Shown here: in pieces, positions 10,206 through 17,867 of the stretch | Position numbering within the stretch: the stretch's first letter is position 1 | How the letters are laid out: each line of letters starts with the position of its first letter | IMG/VR virus record: IMGVR_UViG_3300034356_001545 | Coordinates: 1 to 59,663 of that record | Length of the DNA: 59,663 nt | From: a virus | Taxonomy: Duplodnaviria > Caudoviricetes | Strand: one strand, 5' to 3' | Translations under genes and position numbers: made by a program | Notes under the pieces: generated by a model | Database searches by the model: none | What the model was told of the DNA's origin: nothing | What the model saw: only the letters and a program-made list of their open reading frames with translations

Positions 10206-10835
10206 TTGGCTAAAAAGTTCAAGAAAAAGGAAGACCTAAAGTTTAGGGACTTCGCCTACCGCGACGATCGTGGACCTACCCTATACAAATTTGTCTGGCA
10301 CGCCAACAAGTTTATGAAGCAGGAGTATAAGCTCCTGCCAATACAGGTGGACTTTCTCCTGTTCGCCTACGACCTAGAGTTTTTTACCATCGAGTGGATG
10401 GGACAACAGCTGTCGAAGTCCTACAACCAGACAAAAGACTGGCTTACTGTTAGGATGAAGAAGCGGGAATTGCTGTTCGACTACTTCTCGATGGAGGATA
10501 TCGACATCCACAAGGATACCTCTATGTGGTTTCGTGATGAGAACAGGTGGAACTACCGCAAAAGGTACTCACTAACCCAGCAGGGGCGTATGATTGTAGA
10601 AAGATGGAGGGATATAGCCTCCGGAAAGGAAACTGTGGAGCTTCAGTACGACAAAAAAACCATCAACAAGACTATCCCAAATCGGGGAGAGGGCATCCCT
10701 ACAGTTCTTTTGGGCAGAAAGCTAAAAGGCCACGAGGATACTCCCCTTGGCAAGAAGATTATCGCTCAGGCTAAGATTGATGGGCGGAGTATAGCCGGAA
10801 TTTTGCCTCCTTCGAAGCACCTTCGTGAGGGGTAA
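10206..10835 (+). CDS. Putative winged-helix DNA-binding regulator, antisense to the late block
   Basis: FLLFAYD...Y.LTQQGR MarR-like wing signature; TTG start; own promoter at 10175. Confidence 0.55.
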   Translation: MAKKFKKKEDLKFRDFAYRDDRGPTLYKFVWHANKFMKQEYKLLPIQVDFLLFAYDLEFFTIEWMGQQLSKSYNQTKDWLTVRMKKRELLFDYFSMEDIDIHKDTSMWFRDENRWNYRKRYSLTQQGRMIVERWRDIASGKETVELQYDKKTINKTIPNRGEGIPTVLLGRKLKGHEDTPLGKKIIAQAKIDGRSIAGILPPSKHLREG

Positions 10836-10944
10836 ACTTCCCGTCCTTGTCAGCCATCACATAGTAACGACCTTTCTCCATCATCCAGTGGTGGCCCTTT
10901 GGGGCTGCAACCATTACGTGGCTGTCTTTCTTCTTGGCCTTCAT
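10771..10944 (-). CDS. Small basic protein (MKAKKKDSHVMVAAPKGHHWMM..., 57 aa)
   Basis: Manual translation; start overlaps the lipoprotein stop; below the ORF-track cutoff. Confidence 0.65.
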   Translation of the reverse strand: MKAKKKDSHVMVAAPKGHHWMMEKGRYYVMADKDGKFTPHEGASKEAKFRLYSAHQS

Positions 10945-11639
10945 TATGGTTTTGCTTTTTTCTGTGCTTTCTTACTCATCTCCATAACGGGAACTGGTGT
11001 TCCCACCGGGTATGGCTTTCCTGCTATCGCTGCGGTGATTGACTTCATACCAGTCTTCACTTCGATAGCCCTACGCAGAGGAACAGCAGCCTCATTCATC
11101 GGTCCGTAGCATTTGGCAAGAACGATTCCTGTCTCAGTGGTATCGAAAACCTCACAGGGCATACAGAACATATTGCTCTCGCTAGTCACAGCGTAGTCTG
11201 TGTTAACGATAAACGAGCGGTTCTTTGGGTGCATCATCTCCCAATCCTGAGTCTTTGGATTGTACTGAGGGATAAAGCTAGAGGTATCGAAGTACCAGTA
11301 CAAAGACCACACTGACTTACCGTCCCATATTGTGCTCCCGTCGTTGTTCGGGTACTGAAAGTTTTTATCGGTGCTGAACTCAGAACCCCAGCTAAAGCTA
11401 TAGCCTTCCATAGCAAGGTTAGAGACTGAAGGCCCATCCAACACTGGGCAGATAGAACAGCCTTCTTCAAACACTTTTCCTTGCACTATAATTTGCTTTC
11501 CAGTAAGCTCGGCACCTGATGCCCCACAGAAGGCATAAAGGCCTTCGTGGATCTTAAGGGCCTTAGCGTCTTTTGATTCTTCGCTCGCGCAGCTTAGTAG
11601 TGCTGAAACAGCAAGTAGGGATAATAATGTATTTTTCAT
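10944..11639 (-). CDS. Cys-rich lipoprotein
   Basis: Signal peptide II (LLSC lipobox); CSIC and CMPC motifs. Confidence 0.7.
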   Translation of the reverse strand: MKNTLLSLLAVSALLSCASEESKDAKALKIHEGLYAFCGASGAELTGKQIIVQGKVFEEGCSICPVLDGPSVSNLAMEGYSFSWGSEFSTDKNFQYPNNDGSTIWDGKSVWSLYWYFDTSSFIPQYNPKTQDWEMMHPKNRSFIVNTDYAVTSESNMFCMPCEVFDTTETGIVLAKCYGPMNEAAVPLRRAIEVKTGMKSITAAIAGKPYPVGTPVPVMEMSKKAQKKAKP

Positions 11640-11652
11640 ATTGGGGGGTTGT

Positions 11653-11871
11653 TTACTTTTTAGATCTGTTCTTTACCGCTGATATAAACCTACGCTCGGT
11701 ATGGTCGTAGTCTAGACCATCTCCGTTTCCGTACTTTCCAGCTTGGCGATTCTTTTTGTTGAGCTCAGCCCGATACTTCTTACGCTCATCGGTGGAGTGA
11801 TACTCCGTATCGTACTCCTTCTTCTTTTGGTAAGCCTTAGGGTTGCTGTCGTAATACTTTTTAGTTTTCAC
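11653..11871 (-). CDS. Small basic protein, HNH-like remnant
   Basis: GDGLDYDH...S.VKNR resembles minimal HNH-like phage proteins. Confidence 0.55.
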   Translation of the reverse strand: MKTKKYYDSNPKAYQKKKEYDTEYHSTDERKKYRAELNKKNRQAGKYGNGDGLDYDHTERRFISAVKNRSKK

Positions 11872-12449
11872 TTCTCTAGCTCAAAAATTAGGTCGTCGCT
11901 TCTTAATTTGTTTTCTCGGAAGTCAAAGGTCCGATATTTTTCGTAACCAAATTTCTTTGCGTGAGACGCTAGTTCCTCAAACCACTCTACGCTTTGTACG
12001 TCTTCTATGATGAGCTTGCCTCCCTGCCTAACCTTCGGCATCCACAGCTCAATGGCTATCTTCATACTCTCTATGCTATGGGGGCCGTCGTCAATGATGT
12101 AGTCATAGCTGTTGTCTTTATGTTGATCTATAACAGATTTGTCATAACCGTCAGCAATGATGATCTCAATCCTCGGGAACTCACGACCAAGTGATGCTTC
12201 TTTATAGTTGTTTAAACACGCATCCATTATATCTATGCCAACAATCTTAGCATTTGTAAACCATTCGTGCCAGAGTATCAGGCTTCCGCCGTTCTGTACA
12301 CCAATTTCAAGTACTGACGTAACCCTCTCTGGGTTAGCAAACTCTTCAGTGTAGTATGCCTCTAGGTAGTCGTGGAACAAACCTTTATCCGTAGTAGGCC
12401 ATCCGTTGGAGTCTACACAGTATTCGCTGTAGATATCAATTAGGTTCAT
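11868..12449 (-). CDS. Class I SAM-dependent O-methyltransferase-like protein
   Basis: TDKG..HDY, VLEIGV.NGGS, IVGID, DYIIDDGPH, GG.LIIED. Confidence 0.85.
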   Translation of the reverse strand: MNLIDIYSEYCVDSNGWPTTDKGLFHDYLEAYYTEEFANPERVTSVLEIGVQNGGSLILWHEWFTNAKIVGIDIMDACLNNYKEASLGREFPRIEIIIADGYDKSVIDQHKDNSYDYIIDDGPHSIESMKIAIELWMPKVRQGGKLIIEDVQSVEWFEELASHAKKFGYEKYRTFDFRENKLRSDDLIFELEK

Positions 12450-12470
12450 AAGCAGTTTTGCTTACAATAT

Positions 12471-12653
12471 CTAGTCCTCGTCCTCTTCGTAGAAGCAGGC
12501 CTTGAACTTGTAGCTGCTAGGAGTCTTGCCTGAGGCTTTGACAGCAGCTTCAAGCTGCTTCATCCCAGATGCCATATCCATTGACTTGATCTCAATCTCC
12601 TCGCCGGACTCATCACTCATCCTACCGCCGTAGTTGTACTTCTTGGCCTTCAT
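12471..12653 (-). CDS. Small protein with KKYNYGG motif
   Basis: ORF in operon. Confidence 0.6.
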   Translation of the reverse strand: MKAKKYNYGGRMSDESGEEIEIKSMDMASGMKQLEAAVKASGKTPSSYKFKACFYEEDED

Positions 12654-12659
12654 AGCTGT

Positions 12660-13256
12660 TTACTTTTTCTTTAGCATCTTAAAGTCAATGGCGGAAATCT
12701 TTCCGTCCTTGTTCTTGTCAATCTTTACTTGGCCTCCCATAAGGTACTTCTTCATCTTGCCTCCCATACCGTAATCCATTTTACCTCCGCCGGCCATCTT
12801 CTTGACAGGAGCGGATTCTTTGGCCTTTATTACACGGTTCTCTACGCGAGCTGCTTTCCCAAGAAGTCGGTCAGCCTTACGCTCCCTACCCTCGTCTACA
12901 GCTTTGCTGCCACGTGCTACAAGGTTGGCTTCACGATTCTCAAGTCTTTTGACTTTGTTTCCTACCTTTCCGCCATTAAGGTACATATCCATCTTACCGC
13001 CGCCCATCATCTTCTTGACGGCTGCGGCAGCGGGCTTAGCGGCTGGCTTCTTTTTTACCATAAAGCCTTGCTCCTTGAGTCCACGATCAAACGCAGCCAG
13101 TGCATCGGGGTCATTCTTACGGATGGTGTTGCGCTCCTGGGTTAACATATCCATACGGTTTGCCTTGGCAATCTCCATATCGGTCATCTTCTTCTTGGGG
13201 TCTGGAACGATTGGCGTCTTGCCACCATTCTTGTAAACAGTCATCTTAGCTTTCAT
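12660..13256 (-). CDS. Basic protein with repeated (Y/M)xxGG motifs and C-terminal DxNxDG EF-hand-like loop
   Basis: YKNGG, MMGGG, YLNGG, MAGGG, YGMGG, YLMGG; DKNKDGKISAID; start follows promoter at 13262. Confidence 0.7.
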   Translation of the reverse strand: MKAKMTVYKNGGKTPIVPDPKKKMTDMEIAKANRMDMLTQERNTIRKNDPDALAAFDRGLKEQGFMVKKKPAAKPAAAAVKKMMGGGKMDMYLNGGKVGNKVKRLENREANLVARGSKAVDEGRERKADRLLGKAARVENRVIKAKESAPVKKMAGGGKMDYGMGGKMKKYLMGGQVKIDKNKDGKISAIDFKMLKKK

Positions 13257-13269
13257 AGGTACAAAGATA

Positions 13270-13734
13270 TTATTTAAACGGCTTGTATTTTGTCTTGGTG
13301 CCCTCCTTATAAGCCACAAGTATCTGCTTCCTGTTCTCCCCCTTGCGGTATCCCACGTGAACCCAGTCAGGGTTCTTAGTGGTGCCAAACTCGTAGATGA
13401 GCTGATCGAACTCTAAGTTGTCCTTGATAAACTCAAACACCTCCATATTAGTAACCCCATTACCCCTACCATCTTGGTCTAGGTCAAGAGCACGACCAAG
13501 ATTATGGTCCGAGTTCTTACTGCCCCCTATGGCCTTATTTAAGGCAGCAGATCTGTAGCCCGATGAGATGTAGATAGGAACACCGAAGTGCTCACGGATC
13601 TTATCAAAGACTTCAGTACAGATTGTCTTGAGGTTCTCTAGATGCTCTGGGGTGGGCTCGTTGCTGATGCCTCGCCGCGTAGCGGTGTCACTCTTAGTGA
13701 CCTCAGCTAGCGATACGTAGTTACTTAGTTTCAT
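13270..13734 (-). CDS. Peptidase M15 family endolysin
   Basis: SSGYRS..LN..IGGS..SDH..G.ALD ... WVHV. Confidence 0.88.
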   Translation of the reverse strand: MKLSNYVSLAEVTKSDTATRRGISNEPTPEHLENLKTICTEVFDKIREHFGVPIYISSGYRSAALNKAIGGSKNSDHNLGRALDLDQDGRGNGVTNMEVFEFIKDNLEFDQLIYEFGTTKNPDWVHVGYRKGENRKQILVAYKEGTKTKYKPFK

Positions 13735-13784
13735 AAACAAACTTGTTTTGCGTTGTTAATCATAAGACAAAGATAACAACAATA

Positions 13785-13803
13785 AAAAAGGGCCCGAAGG
13801 CCC
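13785..13803 (-). terminator. Intrinsic terminator
   Basis: GGGCC-TTCG-GGCCC hairpin followed by T-run on minus strand. Confidence 0.8.
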
Positions 13804-13850
13804 TAATCGCAGAATCTGTCGTCACAACACAAAACCACTATGCAAATTTA
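13785..13850 (-). ncRNA. Candidate antisense sRNA to the GIY-YIG nuclease leader
   Basis: TAAATTTG promoter at 13850-13843; 13-nt perfect complement to 14370-14382; terminator. Confidence 0.6.
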
Positions 13851-14362
13851 GGGTTTTCCATCCTAAGTAAAAAATTCGCTGGCAACATAACCCACCTCTT
13901 GTATATCGATAGACCTTTACTGTTGCTGACCTTAGTAGCAGTGCTATATCTTACGTGCTTATCGTAACCCTTACTCCTCCCATTTCGGTTTACCCATTTA
14001 AGGAATGTTGATTGATGTACACCAACAGCTAAAGAGGCTGAAAATGAAGATAGGTAAATCAATTTTGTTTCAATGTCAACATATATGTGAGACACCCCTC
14101 CGTTACCACCACCAGATATGTTGTAGCAGTTCTCTATCCTATACGCAGATATCCACAGGTTCTCAAGATCATTTAGCTGTTGCATTGTTTCTGCCCAGCA
14201 AATCACCTCCGTATGAAAGTTCTCCTTACCGTACACCTCAAATGCATCAACAAGGACCTTTCCAGACCCCTTGTATGACTTACTAAACCTAGAAGACCTA
14301 TGTTGTCCTATGTATATCCAGTTGTTTAACTTGTTGGTTGTCTTGTAGATGTATCCTATCAT
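13838..14362 (-). CDS. GIY-YIG homing endonuclease
   Basis: GYIYKTTN..N.WIYIGQH, Y.GSG, LE...I, YN; start MIGYIY. Confidence 0.9.
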   Translation of the reverse strand: MIGYIYKTTNKLNNWIYIGQHRSSRFSKSYKGSGKVLVDAFEVYGKENFHTEVICWAETMQQLNDLENLWISAYRIENCYNISGGGNGGVSHIYVDIETKLIYLSSFSASLAVGVHQSTFLKWVNRNGRSKGYDKHVRYSTATKVSNSKGLSIYKRWVMLPANFLLRMENPKFA

Positions 14363-14386
14363 AGCTGTATTTGTGTTGTGACAAGG

Positions 14387-14433
14387 CAAATATACGTAAT
14401 ATTTGGTGGTTTGGAAAATATTATGTACCTTCG
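14387..14433. promoter_or_regulatory. Divergent Bacteroidota-type promoters
   Basis: TATATTTG on minus (14394-14387); TTTG...TACCTTCG on plus (14402-14433). Confidence 0.65.
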
Positions 14434-14435
14434 CG

Positions 14436-14695
14436 TTAGACTAAGGTCTAGAGCACTAAAGAAACTAAGGTAAAGCGATCTAAAAGACAATCGCTTTAGC
14501 CAACAAGAGACAGGGTGTCGTCGCCTAAGCAGAGACACCCCACGTTCATCAGTGATAAGACGCTCAGCCACTAATGAATACGCGACAACTATAGTCTATT
14601 CGTTTTACCGCTATTATAGCTGTTGTTTACTCGTTTTCGCATATATAAAGCTAACAAGTAGGAGGTATACGGGTCCTTAGGGACCCTCCACCTCC
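14436..14695 (+). ncRNA. Candidate structured non-coding RNA
   Basis: Promoter followed by at least 5 inverted-repeat stems and no ORF of 60 aa or more on plus. Confidence 0.45.
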
Positions 14696-14800
14696 CAGCC
14701 CCCAATCATTTAACAGCTATTAAGACTCCTACTGTAGTCAATGTATAGGTTTACTTATGCAGCTTCTTCCTCAACCTAAGGGTTGACGTCAGAAGCATTA

Positions 14801-14890
14801 GAGTTAGAAATAATTATCTGGAGTGGGTAATTTATCTAGAATTAGATATAATTATCTGGGGTTAGATATAATTATCTAGGGGATAATATA
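14801..14890. repeat. About four tandem 20-bp iteron-like repeats (TTAGATATAATTATCT(G/A)G)
   Basis: Direct reading; each unit contains an AGATA-N4-TATCT inverted repeat or a degenerate version. Confidence 0.8.
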
Positions 14891-15221
14891 CATATATACA
14901 CGTACGCACGCGCAAACGGAAACGCAATCCCAGAGGTATGGCCCTCGCGCGCGCTGATTCCTATTGCAGGCTTTTGGCGTTTTGGTAGGTCGGCTATGGT
15001 GAGCGGCTATGGCGTTTGGTTGGTAGGTTTGGTGAGGAGTTCCGAAGCGAGGAACAATAGCCCTCCCTAACTATGCCCTAACTACTCCCTTACCCTCCCA
15101 CTACTCCCCACTTACCCCCACAAGGCTATGGGTTATGCATCTACGCTAACCCTCTGACTAAAACTTTTGTCGGTGATTATCAGCAAGTTACGGGTGGATT
15201 AGAAAAACTTTCACCTAAAAA

Positions 15222-15255
15222 CTTGCATATGTCAAAAGTCGTTATCACCTTTACA
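15222..15255 (+). promoter_or_regulatory. Early promoter (CTTGCATAT...TTATCACCTTTACA)
   Basis: Near-identical copy at 16895-16928 and related copy at 17815-17847. Confidence 0.7.
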
Positions 15256-15281
15256 CCATCAATCATTTAATCTACCATCCT

Positions 15282-15521
15282 ATGAGCAACGAAATCAAAT
15301 CAACCAAACTTCGTGCGGGTCGTTACCAAGTAAGCATCAAGGGTTTTCAGCCCTTTATAGTTCAAGAACGATTGAACAATAATTGTATGCCAACGGGAGA
15401 GTGGAATATGTTTGCTCCCGATGGAGAGTGGATGGACACGCTCCCTACAAAATCTACTTGTTTATGGATGTTGGGTGAAATGCACAAGGAGGGAAGATTG
15501 AATGAATACCGATTATCTTAA
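15282..15521 (+). CDS. Early hypothetical protein
   Basis: First ORF after early promoter. Confidence 0.7.
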   Translation: MSNEIKSTKLRAGRYQVSIKGFQPFIVQERLNNNCMPTGEWNMFAPDGEWMDTLPTKSTCLWMLGEMHKEGRLNEYRLS

Positions 15522-15526
15522 ATCAA

Positions 15527-15579
15527 GGTTAACTGAAGATGAGTTCAATACTCGAAACCTACTTCGGTAGGTCTTAACC
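15527..15579 (+). ncRNA. Type I hammerhead ribozyme (HHR1)
   Basis: GGTTAA-CTGAAGA-T-GAGT(TCAAT)ACTC-GAAA-CCTAC(TTCG)GTAGG-TC-TTAACC. Confidence 0.88.
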
Positions 15580-15595
15580 AAAAAAAACAATTGTT

Positions 15596-15958
15596 ATGAA
15601 AACTTACTTCCTCGTAGAAAAAAACATTGACAACCACAAAATGTCAATCATTTCTGATGCCACACTTAAGGACTTCATCAAGAAGAATTGCTATCGTGAA
15701 GAGTACCTTGACCAAAGCATTAAGGGCGTGCTGAATTCAATGAAGAGTGCAAAGGCAGTTTACTATGACCAAAGCGACTTTGTGTCAATTAGCAAATATT
15801 ACGTGTGCAAGTCAGTCGACCAAGCAAAGGCAGTAAAGCGCATCGAACTTCGTTTAATGATTGAGTGCCTTGAGGAGAGTTTTTGCTCCATTGATGAGAT
15901 GTTCCCGAAATCAGAGGCCGTAGTAAGGCATAGTACATTGTTAATTTATGAAGACTAA
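15596..15958 (+). CDS. Early hypothetical protein
   Basis: ORF starting 17 nt after HHR1. Confidence 0.7.
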   Translation: MKTYFLVEKNIDNHKMSIISDATLKDFIKKNCYREEYLDQSIKGVLNSMKSAKAVYYDQSDFVSISKYYVCKSVDQAKAVKRIELRLMIECLEESFCSIDEMFPKSEAVVRHSTLLIYED

Positions 15959-15972
15959 TTACAATATTAATA

Positions 15973-16022
15973 GGTTAACCGACGAGGCTTCAGTAGCCGA
16001 AACGCCTAAGGGCGTCTTAACC
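15973..16022 (+). ncRNA. Type I hammerhead ribozyme (HHR2, U4C core variant)
   Basis: GGTTAA-CCGACGA-GGCT(TCAGT)AGCC-GAAA-CGCC(TAAG)GGCG-TC-TTAACC. Confidence 0.82.
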
Positions 16023-16037
16023 AAAAAACAATTGACT

Positions 16038-16211
16038 ATGAACCATACATTTTTTTCAAGGACAGCCAACAAGGGAGTAACTGCCGAGGTAACGTTTGAC
16101 GTTGTATCTGACAAGGCTCCAAGCGAGACTGCGTTCTCAAAGGAACTTGGCGACCTGCTTGCTCAAGGCAAGATTATAGCCTACGGCTACACTACTCTAC
16201 AGCCTTACTAA
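16038..16211 (+). CDS. Early hypothetical protein (57 aa)
   Basis: Start reassigned to the ATG after HHR2, giving the same architecture as HHR1. Confidence 0.6.
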   Translation: MNHTFFSRTANKGVTAEVTFDVVSDKAPSETAFSKELGDLLAQGKIIAYGYTTLQPY

Positions 16212-16231
16212 CCAATAAAAAGATAGAAATT

Positions 16232-16420
16232 ATGAAAACTGAATTAAACAATATGGTACGAGCATACGCCGAGTACCTAAATGCTGTTGGAGACTTCGTC
16301 AATGCAACTGATGACCAAACGCGAAACAAATTAATTGCCTTCGACATCATTGAGATGCTATCCGTTGACCTCGGTGAGCAGATACAGGAAGCCCACAAAG
16401 TACTAACCGAAAATAAATAG
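16232..16420 (+). CDS. Early hypothetical protein
   Basis: A-rich leader TAGAAATTATG. Confidence 0.7.
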   Translation: MKTELNNMVRAYAEYLNAVGDFVNATDDQTRNKLIAFDIIEMLSVDLGEQIQEAHKVLTENK

Positions 16421-16425
16421 AAACT

Positions 16426-16647
16426 ATGGAAACGATAAATGACCTCCGCGTGTGGACATACTTTGACGGAACCGAAGAGGACGTAAACGACTTCGTCCGT
16501 GAGTGGGAGACCTTGTTAGGTACTAACGTAACGGCAGACCTGACAATAGATAGTGACGGAGGATACTCTTGGTACTGCGAAGCGTTCGTTAGTCAAGCAC
16601 AAATCGATGAGTTCAATATGGACGAAGATTGGTTCACGATTCAATAA
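16426..16647 (+). CDS. Early acidic hypothetical protein
   Basis: Leader TAGAAACTATG. Confidence 0.7.
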   Translation: METINDLRVWTYFDGTEEDVNDFVREWETLLGTNVTADLTIDSDGGYSWYCEAFVSQAQIDEFNMDEDWFTIQ

Positions 16648-16667
16648 CAAATAAACAATTAGAAACT

Positions 16668-16874
16668 ATGACAATTAGCCAGATCAAAAAACTAACAGCA
16701 GAAACTGCGCCCTACTACTTTTCGAGGGACACAATGCGATTCTTTAAACAAAGGATGAGCGACTTCAGCGTTAGCAAGTGCGAGGATGGTAGGTACCTAA
16801 TCCAAGCACCATCAAAATACGGAACGTCCGTCAGGTACTTTAATCCAAGTAATAACGAGTTGGAAATTAAATAA
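16668..16874 (+). CDS. Early hypothetical protein (YYFSRDTMRFF motif)
   Basis: Leader AATAAACAATTAGAAACTATG. Confidence 0.7.
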   Translation: MTISQIKKLTAETAPYYFSRDTMRFFKQRMSDFSVSKCEDGRYLIQAPSKYGTSVRYFNPSNNELEIK

Positions 16875-16953
16875 CAAATTGTTAATAACTTTCTCTTGCA
16901 TATTCCAAAATCCATTATCACCTTTACATAACCAATCAAGTAAAACAATTAAT

Positions 16954-17166
16954 ATGAACAACGAAACATCATCAATCGACAACATCATCGCCTACGAACA
17001 AGGCGAACTAAACGACCAAGAAGTCGTGTGCCTCTTCGCTGACCTTGTCAAAAGCGGTATGGCCTGGAGCCTTCAGGGCTCCTACGGCCGAACCGCGACT
17101 GCCCTAATCAAAGAGGGGTGGATAGACCGCGAGGGTAACGTCACCCTTGCTGTTTTAGAACTTTAA
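16954..17166 (+). CDS. Early hypothetical protein (AWSLQGSYGR motif)
   Basis: Follows promoter 16895-16928. Confidence 0.7.
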   Translation: MNNETSSIDNIIAYEQGELNDQEVVCLFADLVKSGMAWSLQGSYGRTATALIKEGWIDREGNVTLAVLEL

Positions 17167-17211
17167 TAAACAAATCGTAAAATAAAATCAACCAATAAAC
17201 AATTAGAAACT

Positions 17212-17808
17212 ATGGCTAATAACTGCTACAATTGGGTAATCATTCGCGGAGAGAAAGATATCCTTGACCTACTGCAAACCAAGTTCGAAACCTACCATTC
17301 TCACGAAGGCACATTCAGCGATTGGTGCGACACATTCTTCACCGACAAGCGTGAGAAGAAAAATGATGTGTTCGAGGAAATCTATGACTACGGAACTAAA
17401 TGGTTTGACTTTGAAGTAGAGCGTCGTCAAGACGATGACCTACTGATTAGCGGAGATTCTGCTTGGTCACCACCACAAGGATTCCTGCGCCGTTTGTCAG
17501 AAGAATATGCTGTTCTTATTCGCGGAGAGTACGAAGAATCAGGTAGTGACTTTGGCGGATATGCTGACTACGAGAAAGGTGTGATGGATGACAAATGCTT
17601 CACATATAGTGAGTGGATGTACATCAACAACGAGGAGAATTTCTTTTACCGACTTGAAGATGAAGTAGAATACTACGATACGTTTGATGACTATAAATCG
17701 GCCGTGCTTGATGGCTTTGAAAACGAACTGACCGAACAGCAAATTGCTGAAGTGCGCGAGGAATTTGAGCGCCAGCAAGATGTTTACAGAAATAGAATTA
17801 ACGCCTAA
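17212..17808 (+). CDS. YubB/DUF1281-like ferredoxin-fold protein
   Basis: MANNCYN.V.I.G, YGTKW, SAWSPP, YEE.G.DF.G. Confidence 0.7.
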   Translation: MANNCYNWVIIRGEKDILDLLQTKFETYHSHEGTFSDWCDTFFTDKREKKNDVFEEIYDYGTKWFDFEVERRQDDDLLISGDSAWSPPQGFLRRLSEEYAVLIRGEYEESGSDFGGYADYEKGVMDDKCFTYSEWMYINNEENFFYRLEDEVEYYDTFDDYKSAVLDGFENELTEQQIAEVREEFERQQDVYRNRINA

Positions 17809-17867
17809 TTCTTGCTTGCATAAGTTAGAAAGCATTTTAACCTTTAACCAACTAATAAATAAATAAT

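Noticed and set aside
14801-14890. CRISPR array
   Set aside because: The repeats are contiguous with no unique spacers, and there are no cas genes
15948-16037. N-terminal extension of ORF 15948-16211
   Set aside because: It runs through hammerhead HHR2; the ATG at 16038 has the same context as the start after HHR1
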